Shown piece by piece: positions 1-12,458 of a DNA stretch of 64,000 bases. The notes under the pieces are model-generated. The model saw only the letters and a program-made list of their open reading frames with translations, had not been told where the DNA came from and did not search any database. The DNA comes from Macrostomum lignano. Its lineage: Eukaryota. The stretch spans positions 402,066-466,065 of the forward strand of contig NIVC01000532.1 in NCBI GenBank assembly GCA_002269645.1, given 5' to 3'. Every line of letters starts with the position of its first letter. Position 1 is the first letter of the stretch. The position numbers and the translations under genes were made by a program.

Positions 1-1504
1 TTTTTTCGAAGTAAACTATTTTTTTATGCGCAATGTACACTTTTTAACTGCTTTTTTTACTTTTTGTGTCTTGTTTGTATGGACAAGGTATTTAACTTTT
101 TTCCGCTTTTTGTGTTAAATAGTTTTAATCAGAAGCCATCCATTCCAATTACAAAACTTTTGCCAAGGACCACTGTATATCCAGTTTTTAAAGACCAATT
201 TTTTTAAGGACAGATTTTCCTTAATATACAGTGGTCTTTGACTTTTGCGTCAGTTTCTATCAATACTTCTGAGAGCATGTCATCTACTACTAATGCTGTA
301 TTTTAACCACACGTTTTATATTTATTACTACTATTAGTACTATACACCGTCCAGAATATATTCTATTAAAATCCAACCAAAAGTGAGGAAATTAATCTCA
401 ATAAACAAAAGTTGATAATTTAATGGTAGCCAAGCGACAATTTTTTATAAAGCGATCTCGCTCCTCGATCAAAGATCGACATTGGAGATTGGCATATACA
501 TGTATCACTGTATACGTGTAATTATGATAAGTCAGCGACTGTCATGAAACAAATATTTTTTCTGCAGCAGATGGCCGCTTTGACTCCAGACTTTGGGCGG
601 GCCGCGCGGCTCCGGCCCCAATCTTTCATGCAATTTGACCAGCGTGTCGTATCGCGTGTATTCATAAGCAGCCCGGCTTTTTAATCCTATTAAATCCCCT
701 ATTCGGCTGCTATACCGGAGGTGAGCCAAGATGAAGTTGGCCAGATGTTTTTTGTCTCCGAGACGGATCGGCGGAAGAGCGGGCCGTGGGAGGAGCTCTC
801 GGAGAGCTGGGCAGATCCGCCGCCCATTTTTAATCCCCCACCGCCCTACCGAACCGGACTCTGGAGAATCGCCAGGCAAAATATCGATCACGGTCCTGCG
901 CATAACGGCGGCTAATGCAGATGGATGATACGGATGGCATTTGGTTATAATTTCACTCCGAAGATTGGCGCACCTTTCTCTTTCTCTCTCTCTCTTTCAT
1001 TTTAATGCCCCGCATGCGATCTGCACTCAAAAAAAGGAGCCGGGCCATCGGCTCTTACCTGACTGCTTAGATTGCTATCGAATAGCGAGGCTCATCGAGT
1101 TTCCGGACAATTCAAACCTGAGTTCGAATGGGGGGCACTGGGCAGGATGTGAAGTGGCTGGGAGAGGTAGGGAGATAGGGTTGTAACCGGACGTCAATAT
1201 GGAGCTCGAAAACAACAGATGGGGTGGCACACAGTCGTGATCCCTGTTATGCCTTCCAGCTGAGCTTCATACCGGCATGAGTGATTAATGATCATGCAGG
1301 TTAACAGGGTTGTTGGAAATGCTGATTCTTTTCGCTTGATTTTCCAGAGACAAAGACTGCAAAGTTGGCCGCTGAGTATTAGCTTACAATGATTTAGTCT
1401 TGTCTGCTTTGGCTCGTTTCAGTTTCTTTGCTGGAGCACGCGCCCCCTTTATCTATGCTTCTTAACTCCTCGATTCTTAATCCCTTGCTTCTTAATCCGC
1501 GTCA

Positions 1505-1982
1505 CTTTCTAATCCATCGCTTCCTAATCCATCGCTTTCTAATCCATCGCTTCCTAATCCATCGCTTCCTAATCCATCGCTTCCTAATCCATCGCTTCCT
1601 AATCCATCGCTTCCTAATCCATCGCTTCCTAATCCATCGCTTCCTAATCCATCGCTTCCTAATCCATCGCTTCCTAATCCGTCGCTTCCTAATCCATCGC
1701 TTCCTAATCCATCGCTTCCTAATCCATCGCTTCTTACTCCATCGCTTCCTAATCCGTCGCTTCCTAATCCATCGCTTCCTAATCCATCGCTTCCTAATCC
1801 ATCGCTTCCTAACCCATCTCTTCTTACTCCACCGCTTCCTAATCCATCGCTTCTTACTCCATCGCTTCCTAATCCATCGCTTCCTAATCCATCGCTTCCT
1901 AATCTATCGCTTCCTAATCCATCGCTTCCTAATCTATCGCTTCCTAATCCATCGCTTCCTAATCCATCGCTTCCTAATCCTT
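1505..1982. repeat. 15-bp minisatellite (AATCCATCGCTTCCT)n
   Basis: About 30 tandem units; source of the LIHRF ORF. Confidence 0.95.
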
Positions 1983-2499
1983 CTTACCTTTCTTCCTTTG
2001 GTCTCTCATACACAAAAGGATCCTAATACAAAAAGCTGATTAGCATTGCTGAAACTACTTCTGTGAATAAAGTGTGAGAAACCAAAAAGCAGACGAAGCA
2101 AGGCAGGCAGGAAACCACAAATGAAAATTCGATAGCGCCAATTATTGGCAATTGCACTGGCTTGGAGCTCATTCATTTCTAATCGGCTGAATAAGAGCCT
2201 GCACTGGGAACTTCAGAACATCTCACGATGATCTAACAGCCCCTTGACAATCCGCTTGAACACATGACAGACTGTGAGTCGGCGAAAGATGCAGCTAGGA
2301 AAGATAATGAAGAGACTCAAATTTTAAGAGCAATCAACTCACAGCTGGTTTGGCTGAGTCAACAGCTGCCACGGTTGACGTCGGCCTTTGTGGCTGGCAT
2401 CTCTCATCCTACAATTCGATGTTATAAAAGCAGAAAAAATATCAAGGAATATATAAACAGCAATATAATACCAGACAAAAGTAGAATTTGCGATGCATA

Positions 2500-3725
2500 A
2501 AATACATGAAATGAAAATCAGTGATACACGAGAATCGGTGATACATGAGAGTACATAAAATACATGAAAATATGTGATATATGAAAATCTGTGATACATA
2601 AGAATCAGTGGAACATGAAAATACATGAAATACATGAAAATATGTGATGCATGGGAATCTGTGATATCTGAGAATCTGTGATACGTAAGAATCGGTGATT
2701 CACGAGAATCGGTGATACCTGCGAATCTGTGATACATGAGAATCTGTGATACATGAGAATCTGTGATACATGAGAATCTGTGATACCTTAGAATCTGTGA
2801 TACATGAGAATCTGTGATACATGAGAATCTGGGATACATGAGAATCTGTGATACATAAGATTCTGTGATACATGAGAATCGGTGATACATGAAAATCTGT
2901 GACACATGAGAATCTGTGATACATAAGATTCTGTGATACGTAAGAATCGGTGATTCACGAGAATCGGTGATACCTGCGAATCTGTGATACATGAGAATCT
3001 GTGATACATGAGAATCGGTGATACATGAGAATCTGTGATACATGAGAATCTGTGATACATGAGAATCGGTGATACATGAAAATCTGTGACACATGAGAAT
3101 CTGCGATACATAAGATTCTGTGATACGTAAGAATCGGTGATTCACGAGAATCGGTGATACCTGAGAATCTGTGATACATGAGAATCTGTGATACATGAGA
3201 ATCTGTGATACATGAGAATCGGCGATACATGAAAATCTGTGATACATGAGAATCTGTGATACATGAGAATCTGGGATACATGAGAATCTGTAATACATGG
3301 AAATCTGTGATACATTAAAATCTGAGACACATGAGAATCTGTGATACATGAGAATCTGTGATACATGAGAATCTGCGATACATGAGAATCTGTGATACAT
3401 GAGAATCTGTGATACATGAGAATCTGTGATACATGAGAATCGGCGATACATGAAAATCTGTGATACATGAGAATCTGTGATACATGAGAATCTGGGATAC
3501 ATGAGAATCTGTGATACATGGAAATCTGTGATACATTAAAATCTGAGACACATGAGAATCTGTGATACATGAGAATCTGTGATACATGAGAATCTGCGAT
3601 ACATGAGAATCTGTGATACATGAGAATCGGTGATACATGAGAATCAGGGTACATGAGAATCTGATGTACATAAGAATCTAGGATACATGAGAATCTGTGA
3701 CCCATCAGAGTTGGTGACACATGAG
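2500..3725. repeat. 17-bp minisatellite (CATGAGAATCTGTGATA)n
   Basis: About 70 units with variants and higher-order duplication. Confidence 0.95.
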
Positions 3726-4560
3726 AAATCTCACGGTAAGCATCGCATTCCCCTGCAGTTACAGTTCGCAGCCAAGATCCCCAATATCCTTAAGCTGAAC
3801 TCGGCCACAAATTAACCGATTTTGATAAAGCGATTCGCGCAACTTTTATCAGCCGAGCTTCTGCTCTCTCAGAGCGAGGCCCAGGCCAACCAATTCAACC
3901 AATCAAATGAGGCAAATCAAAATAGAATCAGGAAGCTGGAAGCCCCATCAATGCTCCCCCACCTCCCTGGAAACTCGGCCTTCCTATCTGCCACGCCCAT
4001 CCTCTTCTTTTGCTGCTTTAACGAGATAACGAGGCTGATGCAATTTCTGCTTTTCCCCGGGCCCCCTCAGCGGAGGTGGCGGCGGCGGCGGCGGCTTCAC
4101 ATCTTTTTGCGACAAATTTGCCACATCAAACATCCAGCCTCACTTCCTGAGTCTGCTCTCTTCTGTCTTGAGCCGCGGCCAATTGCTCAACTGGCTTCTC
4201 CCACTTGTCAAGTGGGCCAAGGGATGCTGGGCCGCCTTCCCTTCGACTCTGATGAGGCATTGTTGAGGAAACCAAATTACCCTTGCTGGCCTCAACTGGG
4301 AATCCTTTTTGGCTCTCTTTCCCGTTTATCTTCTCCTCCTCCACCCTCTCTCTCTCCATCGCTCCTTTTTATCGGCATTAACAAATTGGCAGCTCTTGAG
4401 CACCCAGCCACCCCCAGTCACCTCCCCACGCGCGCCGAATCTCGGGGCTTCCTTCCGAGGCAGGAAGAAAACAGGAAAGGACTGAGCGACTTCACTACAG
4501 ATTAGCGATGCTTTCTTCTTTGAATGGAAGAGATTCTTTGGTAAGGAAATTCAAGCATCA

Positions 4561-5252
4561 GATTGTGGCGCTAGATAGTGGCGCTAGATTCTGGCAGTAG
4601 ACTATGGCGCTAGACTATGGCACGACATTGTGGCGCCTGAGTGTGGCGCTAGATAGTGGCGCTAGACTATAGCGCTAGATAGTGGCAATCAATTTTGGCG
4701 CTAGATTCTGGCGCTAGATTGTTGGTGCTAGACTATGGCGCTAGATTGTGGCGCTAGATTGTGGCGCTAGATTGTGGCGCTAGATTGTGGCGCTAGATTG
4801 TGGCGCTAGATTGTGGCGCTAGATTGTTGGTGCTAGACTATGGCGCTAGATTGTGGCGCTAGATTGTGGCGCTAGACTATGGCGCTAGATTGTGGCGCTA
4901 GATTGTGGCGCTAGATTGTTGGTGCTAGACTATGGCGCTAGATTGTGGCAATCAATTTTGGCGCTAGATTCTGGCGCTAGATTGTTGGTGCTAGACTATG
5001 GCGCTAGATTGTGGCGCTAGATTGTGGCGCTAGATTGTGGCGCTAGACTATGGCGCTAGATTGTGGCGCTAGATTGTGGCGCTAGATTGTGGCGCTAGAT
5101 TGTGGCGCTAGATTGTTGGTGCTAGACTATGGCACTAGATTGTGGCGCTAGATTGTGGCGCTAGATTGTGGCGCTAGATTGTGGCGCTAGATTGTTGGTG
5201 CTAGACTATGGCGCTAGATTGTGGCGCTAGATTGTGGCGCTAGATTGTGGCG
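4561..5252. repeat. 13-bp minisatellite (TTGTGGCGCTAGA)n
   Basis: About 50 units, with a recurring TTGTTGGTGCTAGACTATGG variant. Confidence 0.95.
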
Positions 5253-6207
5253 CATGTCTATTGCAAGGCCCAGCTTATTGACACCTCTTGTGGCAGGCAC
5301 ATTTTGCCTTGGCAAAGCTGACTTCAAGGCTGCACCAATTCCTGGTGTAATTAAACTCTCCAGCTCTGCGCCGTCACGCCATCTGCCTTCCGGGTCGGCA
5401 ATCCTCCGCTGTGTTTATTCACCGATAGTCACTAATATGAGAAGTCAGGCAGTTAAAGATCAGCTGTCTCCCAACCCTGCCTAGATTGGTGGCAACGTGC
5501 CATTATTTTGGAGATCTGTTTGCCCGTTGTCAAGGACCTCAAGGTCTCTAAGTTAGACAGCAGAGGGGAATGAGAAATAGACAGAGATCTCGGAAGGGAA
5601 CGAGTGGGCTGCTCTCTGAGGTGGTTATTGACCCTCCTGTCAAGGTAAGTGCCTAGCTGTGTCTTCCGGGTGGAGCAGTGTGTGACGCGGAGAGCTGCAG
5701 GAAAGATCAGTGTCTCTGGTTCGCCTTCACTTTCCACTCCCCGAGTGAGTAGAGGCGGGGAGGGTGGGTTTCGGTTTGTAAACACTTCCCCGAGGCTTAA
5801 GCCTCTTGTATTCGACAGCCTAGACTGCCAAACACTAGCTGCGCGTCCCGGCGTCTTGTCAAAAGAGCAATTTCTATTACTCTCTTGCCAGACCTTTTGT
5901 TGAGTTGTATTTCATTTTGCTTTGCGCTAAGCTCGATAGCTGTCTCGTGTCTTTAACTATTCTCTTTTTTAAAAGCAGAGAGAACACTGGCGGCTCTATC
6001 TGACCACTAATTACCAGAGCTGTGGCTCACTGCGCGACCCTGCTGCTCAAACACAGAATAATTCATCAAATAAAAGTTGACCAATAGTGACGAAGAAGTG
6101 AGGGTTGTCTGTCTATCAGTCTGCCTGACTATCCTACTTGCTGAGACTGTCATCTTGTCTGGCACCTCTGTTGCAGACTGGATGGAAATAAGTAATTAGA
6201 ACCCTGC

Positions 6208-7303
6208 CAGGGACTACTCAATTCTCGGGACGGGAAACGGCCAAATCATGCAGAAAAAAGATGGAGGCCGATTTTCTCTGTTCTCTGCTGATCTTATGTT
6301 TTATCGCAAGAGCTTCAGCTTTTCACTATGTTAACAAAATTTATCCCTCTTCAACTTCCTGTAGCCTGTTTCTACTCAAATAATTTCGGATAAATGCTAG
6401 GAGACATTTTATACAGTACCCCTTTAATACACAAACTCGATGCTTGATAAGCCAAGTGCATCTGTTGTAGAAGTCTATGGGAAACATTGAAGCAAGAAGT
6501 GAAAGCTTGTATTATACGATGGCCTATAAGGTAAGGACTGATACCATTTTAGCATTAGCGAGAAAACCAAAAGTCCGTCGCGTTTTGTCTGCCGAAAGAA
6601 ATTTTAAACCGGACGAGTTGGAAGAATTTCGTAAAATCGACAGTTTGCCAGGCTGGAGCGAGCTCGTTTCTGCACTCAAATCATCAGATATCGTTGCTCA
6701 ACATTCGCTGTTTGTATCGTTATGCAATGAAGAAGTTTATTTGTTTGGTTTGGATTCGAGCGGAGCACTAAAGATCAAGATTTTTATTTCGTCCAACTTT
6801 GCAACTCGTGCTTTTCACTATCATTCGCCGGTTCCGCTGAGAGATCTGCTAGGATTCCAGCCTACATTGAAGTATTTTTCACAACTCGATGCCATTATCG
6901 TTCGATGCATGAATTTTCAACTGTTTGTTCAGCATGAGTTGAAAGCGATGTCGTCGTCATTTCTTCAAGTGTTGGAATTAGAAAATACTGTCATCACGAA
7001 TCAAGCTTTCACTTCTTGCTTCAATGTTTCCCACAGACTTCTACAACAGATGCACTTGGCTTATCAAGCATCGAGTTTGTGTATTAAAGGGGTACTGTAT
7101 AAAATGTCTCCTAGCATTTATCCGAAATTATTTGAGTAGAAACAGGCTACAGGAAGTTGAAGAGGGATAAATTTTGTTAACATAGTGAAAAGCTGAAGCT
7201 CTTGCGATAAAACATAAGACCAGCAGAGAACAGAGAAAATCGGCCTCCATCTTTTTTCTGCATCATTTGGCCGTTTCCCGTCCCGAGAATTGAGTAGTCC
7301 CTG
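6208..7303. mobile_element. Non-autonomous foldback DNA transposon (hAT or P superfamily) with 269-bp TIR arms
   Basis: Left arm 6208-6476 and right arm 7035-7303 are inverted copies (2 mismatches seen) starting CAGGGACTACTC. An 8-bp TSD AACCCTGC lies at 6200-6207 and 7304-7311. Confidence 0.9.
6477..7139 (+). CDS. 220-aa ORF inside the foldback element, possibly a transposase-derived fragment
   Basis: Non-repetitive ORF filling the spacer and running into the right arm. There is a weak, remembered resemblance (RDLLGFQPTLKYFSQLDAII; YKMSPSIY) to the linker before P/THAP9-type transposase cores. No catalytic motif is seen. Confidence 0.35.
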   Translation: MGNIEARSESLYYTMAYKVRTDTILALARKPKVRRVLSAERNFKPDELEEFRKIDSLPGWSELVSALKSSDIVAQHSLFVSLCNEEVYLFGLDSSGALKIKIFISSNFATRAFHYHSPVPLRDLLGFQPTLKYFSQLDAIIVRCMNFQLFVQHELKAMSSSFLQVLELENTVITNQAFTSCFNVSHRLLQQMHLAYQASSLCIKGVLYKMSPSIYPKLFE

Positions 7304-7357
7304 AACCCTGCTAGATTGCAAGGGTACAGCAAAAAACAGAAATTCGATTGACTTTGA

Positions 7358-7820
7358 GCCATAGACTATATGGGTGAAGCTTATGGCTCCACTGTTAGCA
7401 TTGAGTTCGGCTTGGCCATAGACTATATTGGTGAAGCTTATGGCTCCGCTGTTAGCCTTGAGCTCGGCTTGGCCATAGACTATATGGGTGAAGCTTATGG
7501 CTCCACTGTTAGCATTGAGCTCGGCTTGGCCATAGACTATATAAGTGAAGCTTATGGCTCCACTGTTAGCATTGAGTTCGGCTTGGCCATAGACTATATT
7601 GGTGAAGCTTATGGCTCCGCTGTTAGCCTTGAGCTCGGCTTGGCCATAGACTATATGGGTGAAGCTTATGGCTCCACTGTTAGCATTGAGCTCGGCTTGG
7701 CCATAGACTATTTGGGTGAAGCTTATGGCTCGGCTGTTAGCATTGAGCTCGGCTTGGCCATAGACTATATGGGTGAATCTTACGGCGCCCCTGTTAGCAT
7801 TGAGCTCGGCTTGGCCATAG
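7358..7820. repeat. 57-bp minisatellite, about 8 units
   Basis: Unit CCATAGACTATATGGGTGAAGCTTATGGCTCCACTGTTAGCATTGAGCTCGGCTTGG; open in one frame on each strand. Confidence 0.95.
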
Positions 7821-8536
7821 ATATTCGCTGCAAAGCTACTAATGTTAAAGAACAAACAATAGAGACATCAGAGTACTCCGATTTTTCCAAAGCAGCGATA
7901 GAGAGGACAGGAACTATATAAGGAAACAAAGACTAGTACAATAATATCAATCGATACGATTTAAAACATTTTATTGAATAGAAACTTTAGAATAGCGTGT
8001 GAAAGGAGCAGAAGATAGCTTGCAAGCTCAGCTAACTCTGGGAATAGCTTAGCATTTCAGTTAGACAGGGAGACAGTGCGCAGTGGTGGCAGTGTTGACT
8101 ATTTCTAACACAGCAACTTAGGAATTATATAGTACACAGGATTTCTCAGTACAGTTAGAGGTCAGTAAGCATCTTAAATCATAAATCGTATCAGTCGCTT
8201 TCAATCTAAGTTTTTATTAGACAACAGCGTTTTTTAATGAAATTATTACGCGTTTAAAATCGCGCCACAGTTCTTTTATAACAAATAAACACGAAAATGC
8301 GTTAACGCTGTAATATTAGATGAGTTGACACAGAACGACAACACAGGACAGAAGGGACTTTTAATCAGACAAATAAAAGTTTGGCTACAATTCATTGCAT
8401 TTACTCCAAAATTGCTAAGGGTATTACATTCATGCTCATCTCATTAATAGACAACTATATAAAGTGCATTAGTGAGATAGTGGAAACTGTTCGAGTTAGG
8501 CCTTAAAGTGTCTTCTTGGTATTGCTTTGGAAAGTT

Positions 8537-9597
8537 AAGGGATTGGGAAGGTAAGGGATTGGGAAGTTTAGGGATTGGGAAGTTTAGGAATTGGGAAGTT
8601 TAGGAATTGGGAAGTTTAGGGATTGGGAAGTTTAGGGATTGGGAAGTTTAGGGATTGGGAAGTTTAGCGATTGGGAAGTTTAGGGATTGGGAAGTTTAGG
8701 GATTGGGAAGTTTAGGAATTGGGAAGTTTAGGGATTGGGAAGTTTAGGGATTGGGAAGTTTAGGGATTGGGAAGTTTAGCGATTGGGAAGTTTAGGGATT
8801 GGGAAGTTTAGGGATTGGGAAGTTTAGGGATTGGGAAGTTTAGGGATTGGGAAGTTTAGGGATTGGGAAGTTTAGGGATTGGGAAGTTTAGGGATTGGGA
8901 AGTTTAGCGATTGGGAAGTTTAGGGATTGGGAAGTTTAGGGATTGGGAAGTTTAGGGATTGGGAAGTTTAGGGATTGGGAAGTTTAGGGATTGGGAAGTT
9001 TAGGGATTGGGAAGTTTAGGGATTGGGAAGTTTAGGGATTGGGAAGTTTAGGGATTGGGAAGTTTAGGGATTGGGAAGTTTAGGGATTGGGAAGTTTAGG
9101 GATTGGGAAGTTTAGGGATTGGGAAGTTTAGGGATTGGGAAGTTTAGGGATTGGGAAGTTTAGCGATTGGGAAGTTTAGGGATTGGGAAGTTTAGGGATT
9201 GGGAAGTTTAGGGATTGGGAAGTTTAGGGATTGGGAAGTTTAGGAATTGGGAAGTTTAGGGATTGGGAAGTTTAGGGATTGGGAAGTTTAGGGATTGGGA
9301 AGTTTAGGGATTGGGAAGTTTAGGGATTGGGAAGTTTAGGGATTGGGAAGTTTAGGGATTGGGAAGTTTAGCGATTGGGAAGTTTAGGGATTGGGAAGTT
9401 TAGGGATTGGGAAGTTTAGGGATTGGGAAGTTTAGGGATTGGGAAGTTTAGGGATTGGGAAGTTTAGGGATTGGGAAGTTTAGGGATTGGGAAGTTTAGG
9501 GATTGGGAAGTTTAGGGATTGGGAAGTTTAGAGATTGGGAAGTTTAGGAATTGGGAAGTTTAGGGATTGGGAAGTTTAGGGATTGGGAAGTTTAGGG
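8537..9597. repeat. 16-bp G-rich minisatellite (TAGGGATTGGGAAGTT)n
   Basis: About 66 highly homogeneous units, each containing TTTAGGG and two GGG runs. Confidence 0.97.
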
Positions 9598-9711
9598 AAA
9601 ACAGCCCCTGAACCAAAGAACATTTTGCCATTAAACTTGAGGACAGCTAAACTTGTTACAGCATGACTCGAAAACGATGCGCTTTTTCTACTTAAAAAAT
9701 TGTCTATGGAC

Positions 9712-10786
9712 TCAATTCGCTGATGATGAAGCTGCCGGCAGCTGGGCCCTCCTCCTCGAGGCCTCCTCACTCTTAGCCGGCACTCCACTGTCGGTGTCAA
9801 CCTCTGCCTCCTCGCCGGGACCGCCGCTAATCAGGGAGTCAATCTTGGAGAAATCCCCCTTAGAAACGGTCGATGCCGGCGACTGCGTCGGCAGCTGACG
9901 GTAGAATTGTCGGAGAAACGACGGCACGGACCATTGGCCGCTCTGCTGTCCGCCCGCTGAGCTCGAAGGAGGACCCGTCAGCGGCCACCCGCCCGGCCCT
10001 CCGGCGGCTGCTGCTGCCGCGGCGGCGGCTGCGGCGGCTGCGGCAACGGCGGCTGGCGGCATCGGAGGCGGAGGAGGCGGCGGCGGCGGTGGCGGCAGCG
10101 GCGGCGGTGGCAACTGCGGATGCGCAAAGTTGAACACCGGCGGAGACGGCAGGGCGAAGGACCCGCCGGTTGACAAAGATCCGGTTGACGTCAGCGGAGG
10201 CGGAGGCGGTGGCAGCGCGCTGGTTGCTAAAGTGCGTTGATAGTGCTGCAGGTACTGCAGGTGCTGCAGGTACTGCAGGTGCTGCAGGTGCTGCAGGTGC
10301 TGCTGAAGCTGGTGCTGCCTGCCGCTGCTGCCAGGCCGGTGCAGAGGCTGGTGCAGCCAGGGCTGGTGCAGCAGCAGCTGCTCGTGCAGCATCGGGCCGG
10401 CTCTGGCCGCCGCCGAGACGGCGTTCGGCGACGCCGCGCCGCGCTGTCGACATCTCGCCGACGGCCGGGCGGCCCGACTGGCCGCCAGCAGGGCCCGACG
10501 ACGACGTTCGGGCGTCGCCGGCCTCGACAATCTGGCGGCAGCGTCGGCGTCGGCATCGGCGTCAACCTCGAAGTCTTCGGCGTCGTTGTCGTCCGTGTCT
10601 TCATCGTTATCGACGTCCGGGTCGTCGTCGGTTCCGGCGGCGGCGAGAGAGTAGGCACCCCGCTGCTGCTGGCGATGCTGCTGCTGGTGGTGATGAAGGA
10701 GGCCGCCGCTCAGGCAGCTGGACTGCGCCCTGCGATGCTCCATCATTGACGACTGGCTGCCGGGGATGAGGCAGTCGCCCAGCTTC
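9712..10786 (-). CDS. Tbx2/3: Tbx2/3 exon 5 (low-complexity C-terminus)
   Basis: Acceptor tcctcatacag|G completes ATG in phase 2. The long ORF has polyQ, polyD, polyP and polyA runs and the FSKIDSLISG motif, and stops at TGA 9712-9714. The acceptor was chosen by phase and polypyrimidine tract. Confidence 0.8.
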
Positions 10787-10987
10787 CTGTATGAGGAGAT
10801 GATGGGAGCGGCAATTTTTATGGCATTGTCATGACAACGGCTCGGCGTTAGAGGGATGCGAAATGGAGACTCAGAGATGAAATCCTGACTAAACCAAAAC
10901 CTGACAGATTGCTGACACATTTTCTGGTAGTTTTGCAAGTTTTTTTCAGAGGTCAGCACATTTATTTAGCAAGAGACTTATGACTGG

Positions 10988-12134
10988 CACATCACTGAGA
11001 AACGGCTGACACACTGAGAAACAGCTGACACATCACTGAGAAATATCTGACACATCACTGAGAAAAATCTGACACATCACTGAGAAACGGCTGACACATC
11101 TCTGAGAAACGGCTGACGCATCACTAAGAAATATCTGACACATCACTGAGAAAAATCTGACACATCACTGAGAAACGGCTGACACACCACTAAGAAACAG
11201 CTGACACATCACTGAGAAACAAACAGCTGACACATCACTGAGAAACAAACAGCTGACACATCACTGAGAAACAAACAGCTGACACATCACTGAGAAACAA
11301 ACAGCTGACACATCACTGAGAAACAAACAGCTGACACATCACTGAGAAACAAACAGCTGACACATCTCTAAGAAACAGCTGACACATCACTGAGAAACAA
11401 ACAGCTGACACATCTCTAAGAAACAGCTGACACATCACTGAGAAACAAACAGCTGACACATCTCTAAGAAACAGCTGACACATCACTGAGAAACAAACAG
11501 CTGACACATCTCTAAGAAACAGCTGACACATCACTGAGAAACAGCTGACACATCACTGAGAAACAAACAGCTGACACATCTCTAAGAAACAGCTGACACA
11601 TCACTGAGAAACAGCTGACACATCACTAAGAAACAGCTGACACATCACTAAGAAACAGCTGACACATCACTAAGAAACAGCTGACACATCACTGAGAAAC
11701 AGCTGACACATCACTGAGAAACAGCTGACACATCACTAAGAAACAGCTGACACATCACTAAGAAACAGCTGACACATCACTAAGAAACAGCTGACACATC
11801 ACTGAGAAACAGCTGACACATCACTGAGAAACAAACAGCTGACACATCACTAAGAAACAGCTGATACATCACTGAGAAACGGCTGACACACCACTAAGAA
11901 ACAGCTGACACATCACTAAGAAACAGCTGACACATCACTAAGAAACAGCTGACACATCACTAAGAAACAGCTGACACATCACTAAGAAACAGCTGACACA
12001 TCACTAAGAAACAGCTGACACATCACTAAGAAACAGCTGACACATCACTGAGAAACAGCTGACACATCACTAAGAAACAGCTGACACATCACTAAGAAAC
12101 AGCTGACACATCACTGAGAAACAGCTGACACATC
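10988..12134. repeat. 22/26-bp minisatellite (ACAGCTGACACATCACT(G/A)AGAA)n in Tbx intron 4
   Basis: About 48 units; nearly all carry CAGCTG (a few edge variants lack it). Confidence 0.95.
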
Positions 12135-12160
12135 AAAGAAAAAGCGCTCAGGAAACGTAC

Positions 12161-12387
12161 ATTTTCTTAGAGCTGCGGCCTCCACCAGTGTCTCTGAACC
12201 CTTTGGCAAAGGGATTGTGATCAATTTTTAATTGGGTGATTTTCTCATTCTGATAGGCTGTCACAGCGATGAAGGCGGTCTCGTTGAACACAAACGATCG
12301 GAACGAAGCGTACGGCAGCTTCATCATATCGTTGGCGCGAACAAGGTGAAACCGGGGCTGGTACTTGTGCATGGAGTTCAGGATTGT
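12161..12387 (-). CDS. Tbx2/3: Tbx2/3 exon 4 (end of T-box)
   Basis: ttgcag|ACA gives [20 protein letters not shown]...[33 protein letters not shown], followed by donor AT|gtacgt. Confidence 0.95.
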
Positions 12388-12458
12388 CTGCAATAGTTGA
12401 GTTAAGTGGGTTGGAATTCAATTAAAAGTTACAGCGAAATTCTTGGTTGTTTGATTAA

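Noticed and set aside
8537-9597. True telomere or interstitial telomeric tract
   Set aside because: The unit is a 16-mer with only one TTAGGG per unit, not (TTAGGG)n.
9860-10769. Multiple overlapping and antisense ORFs over Tbx exon 5
   Set aside because: They are expected in GC-rich, trinucleotide-repeat coding DNA; only the spliced frame connects to the T-box.
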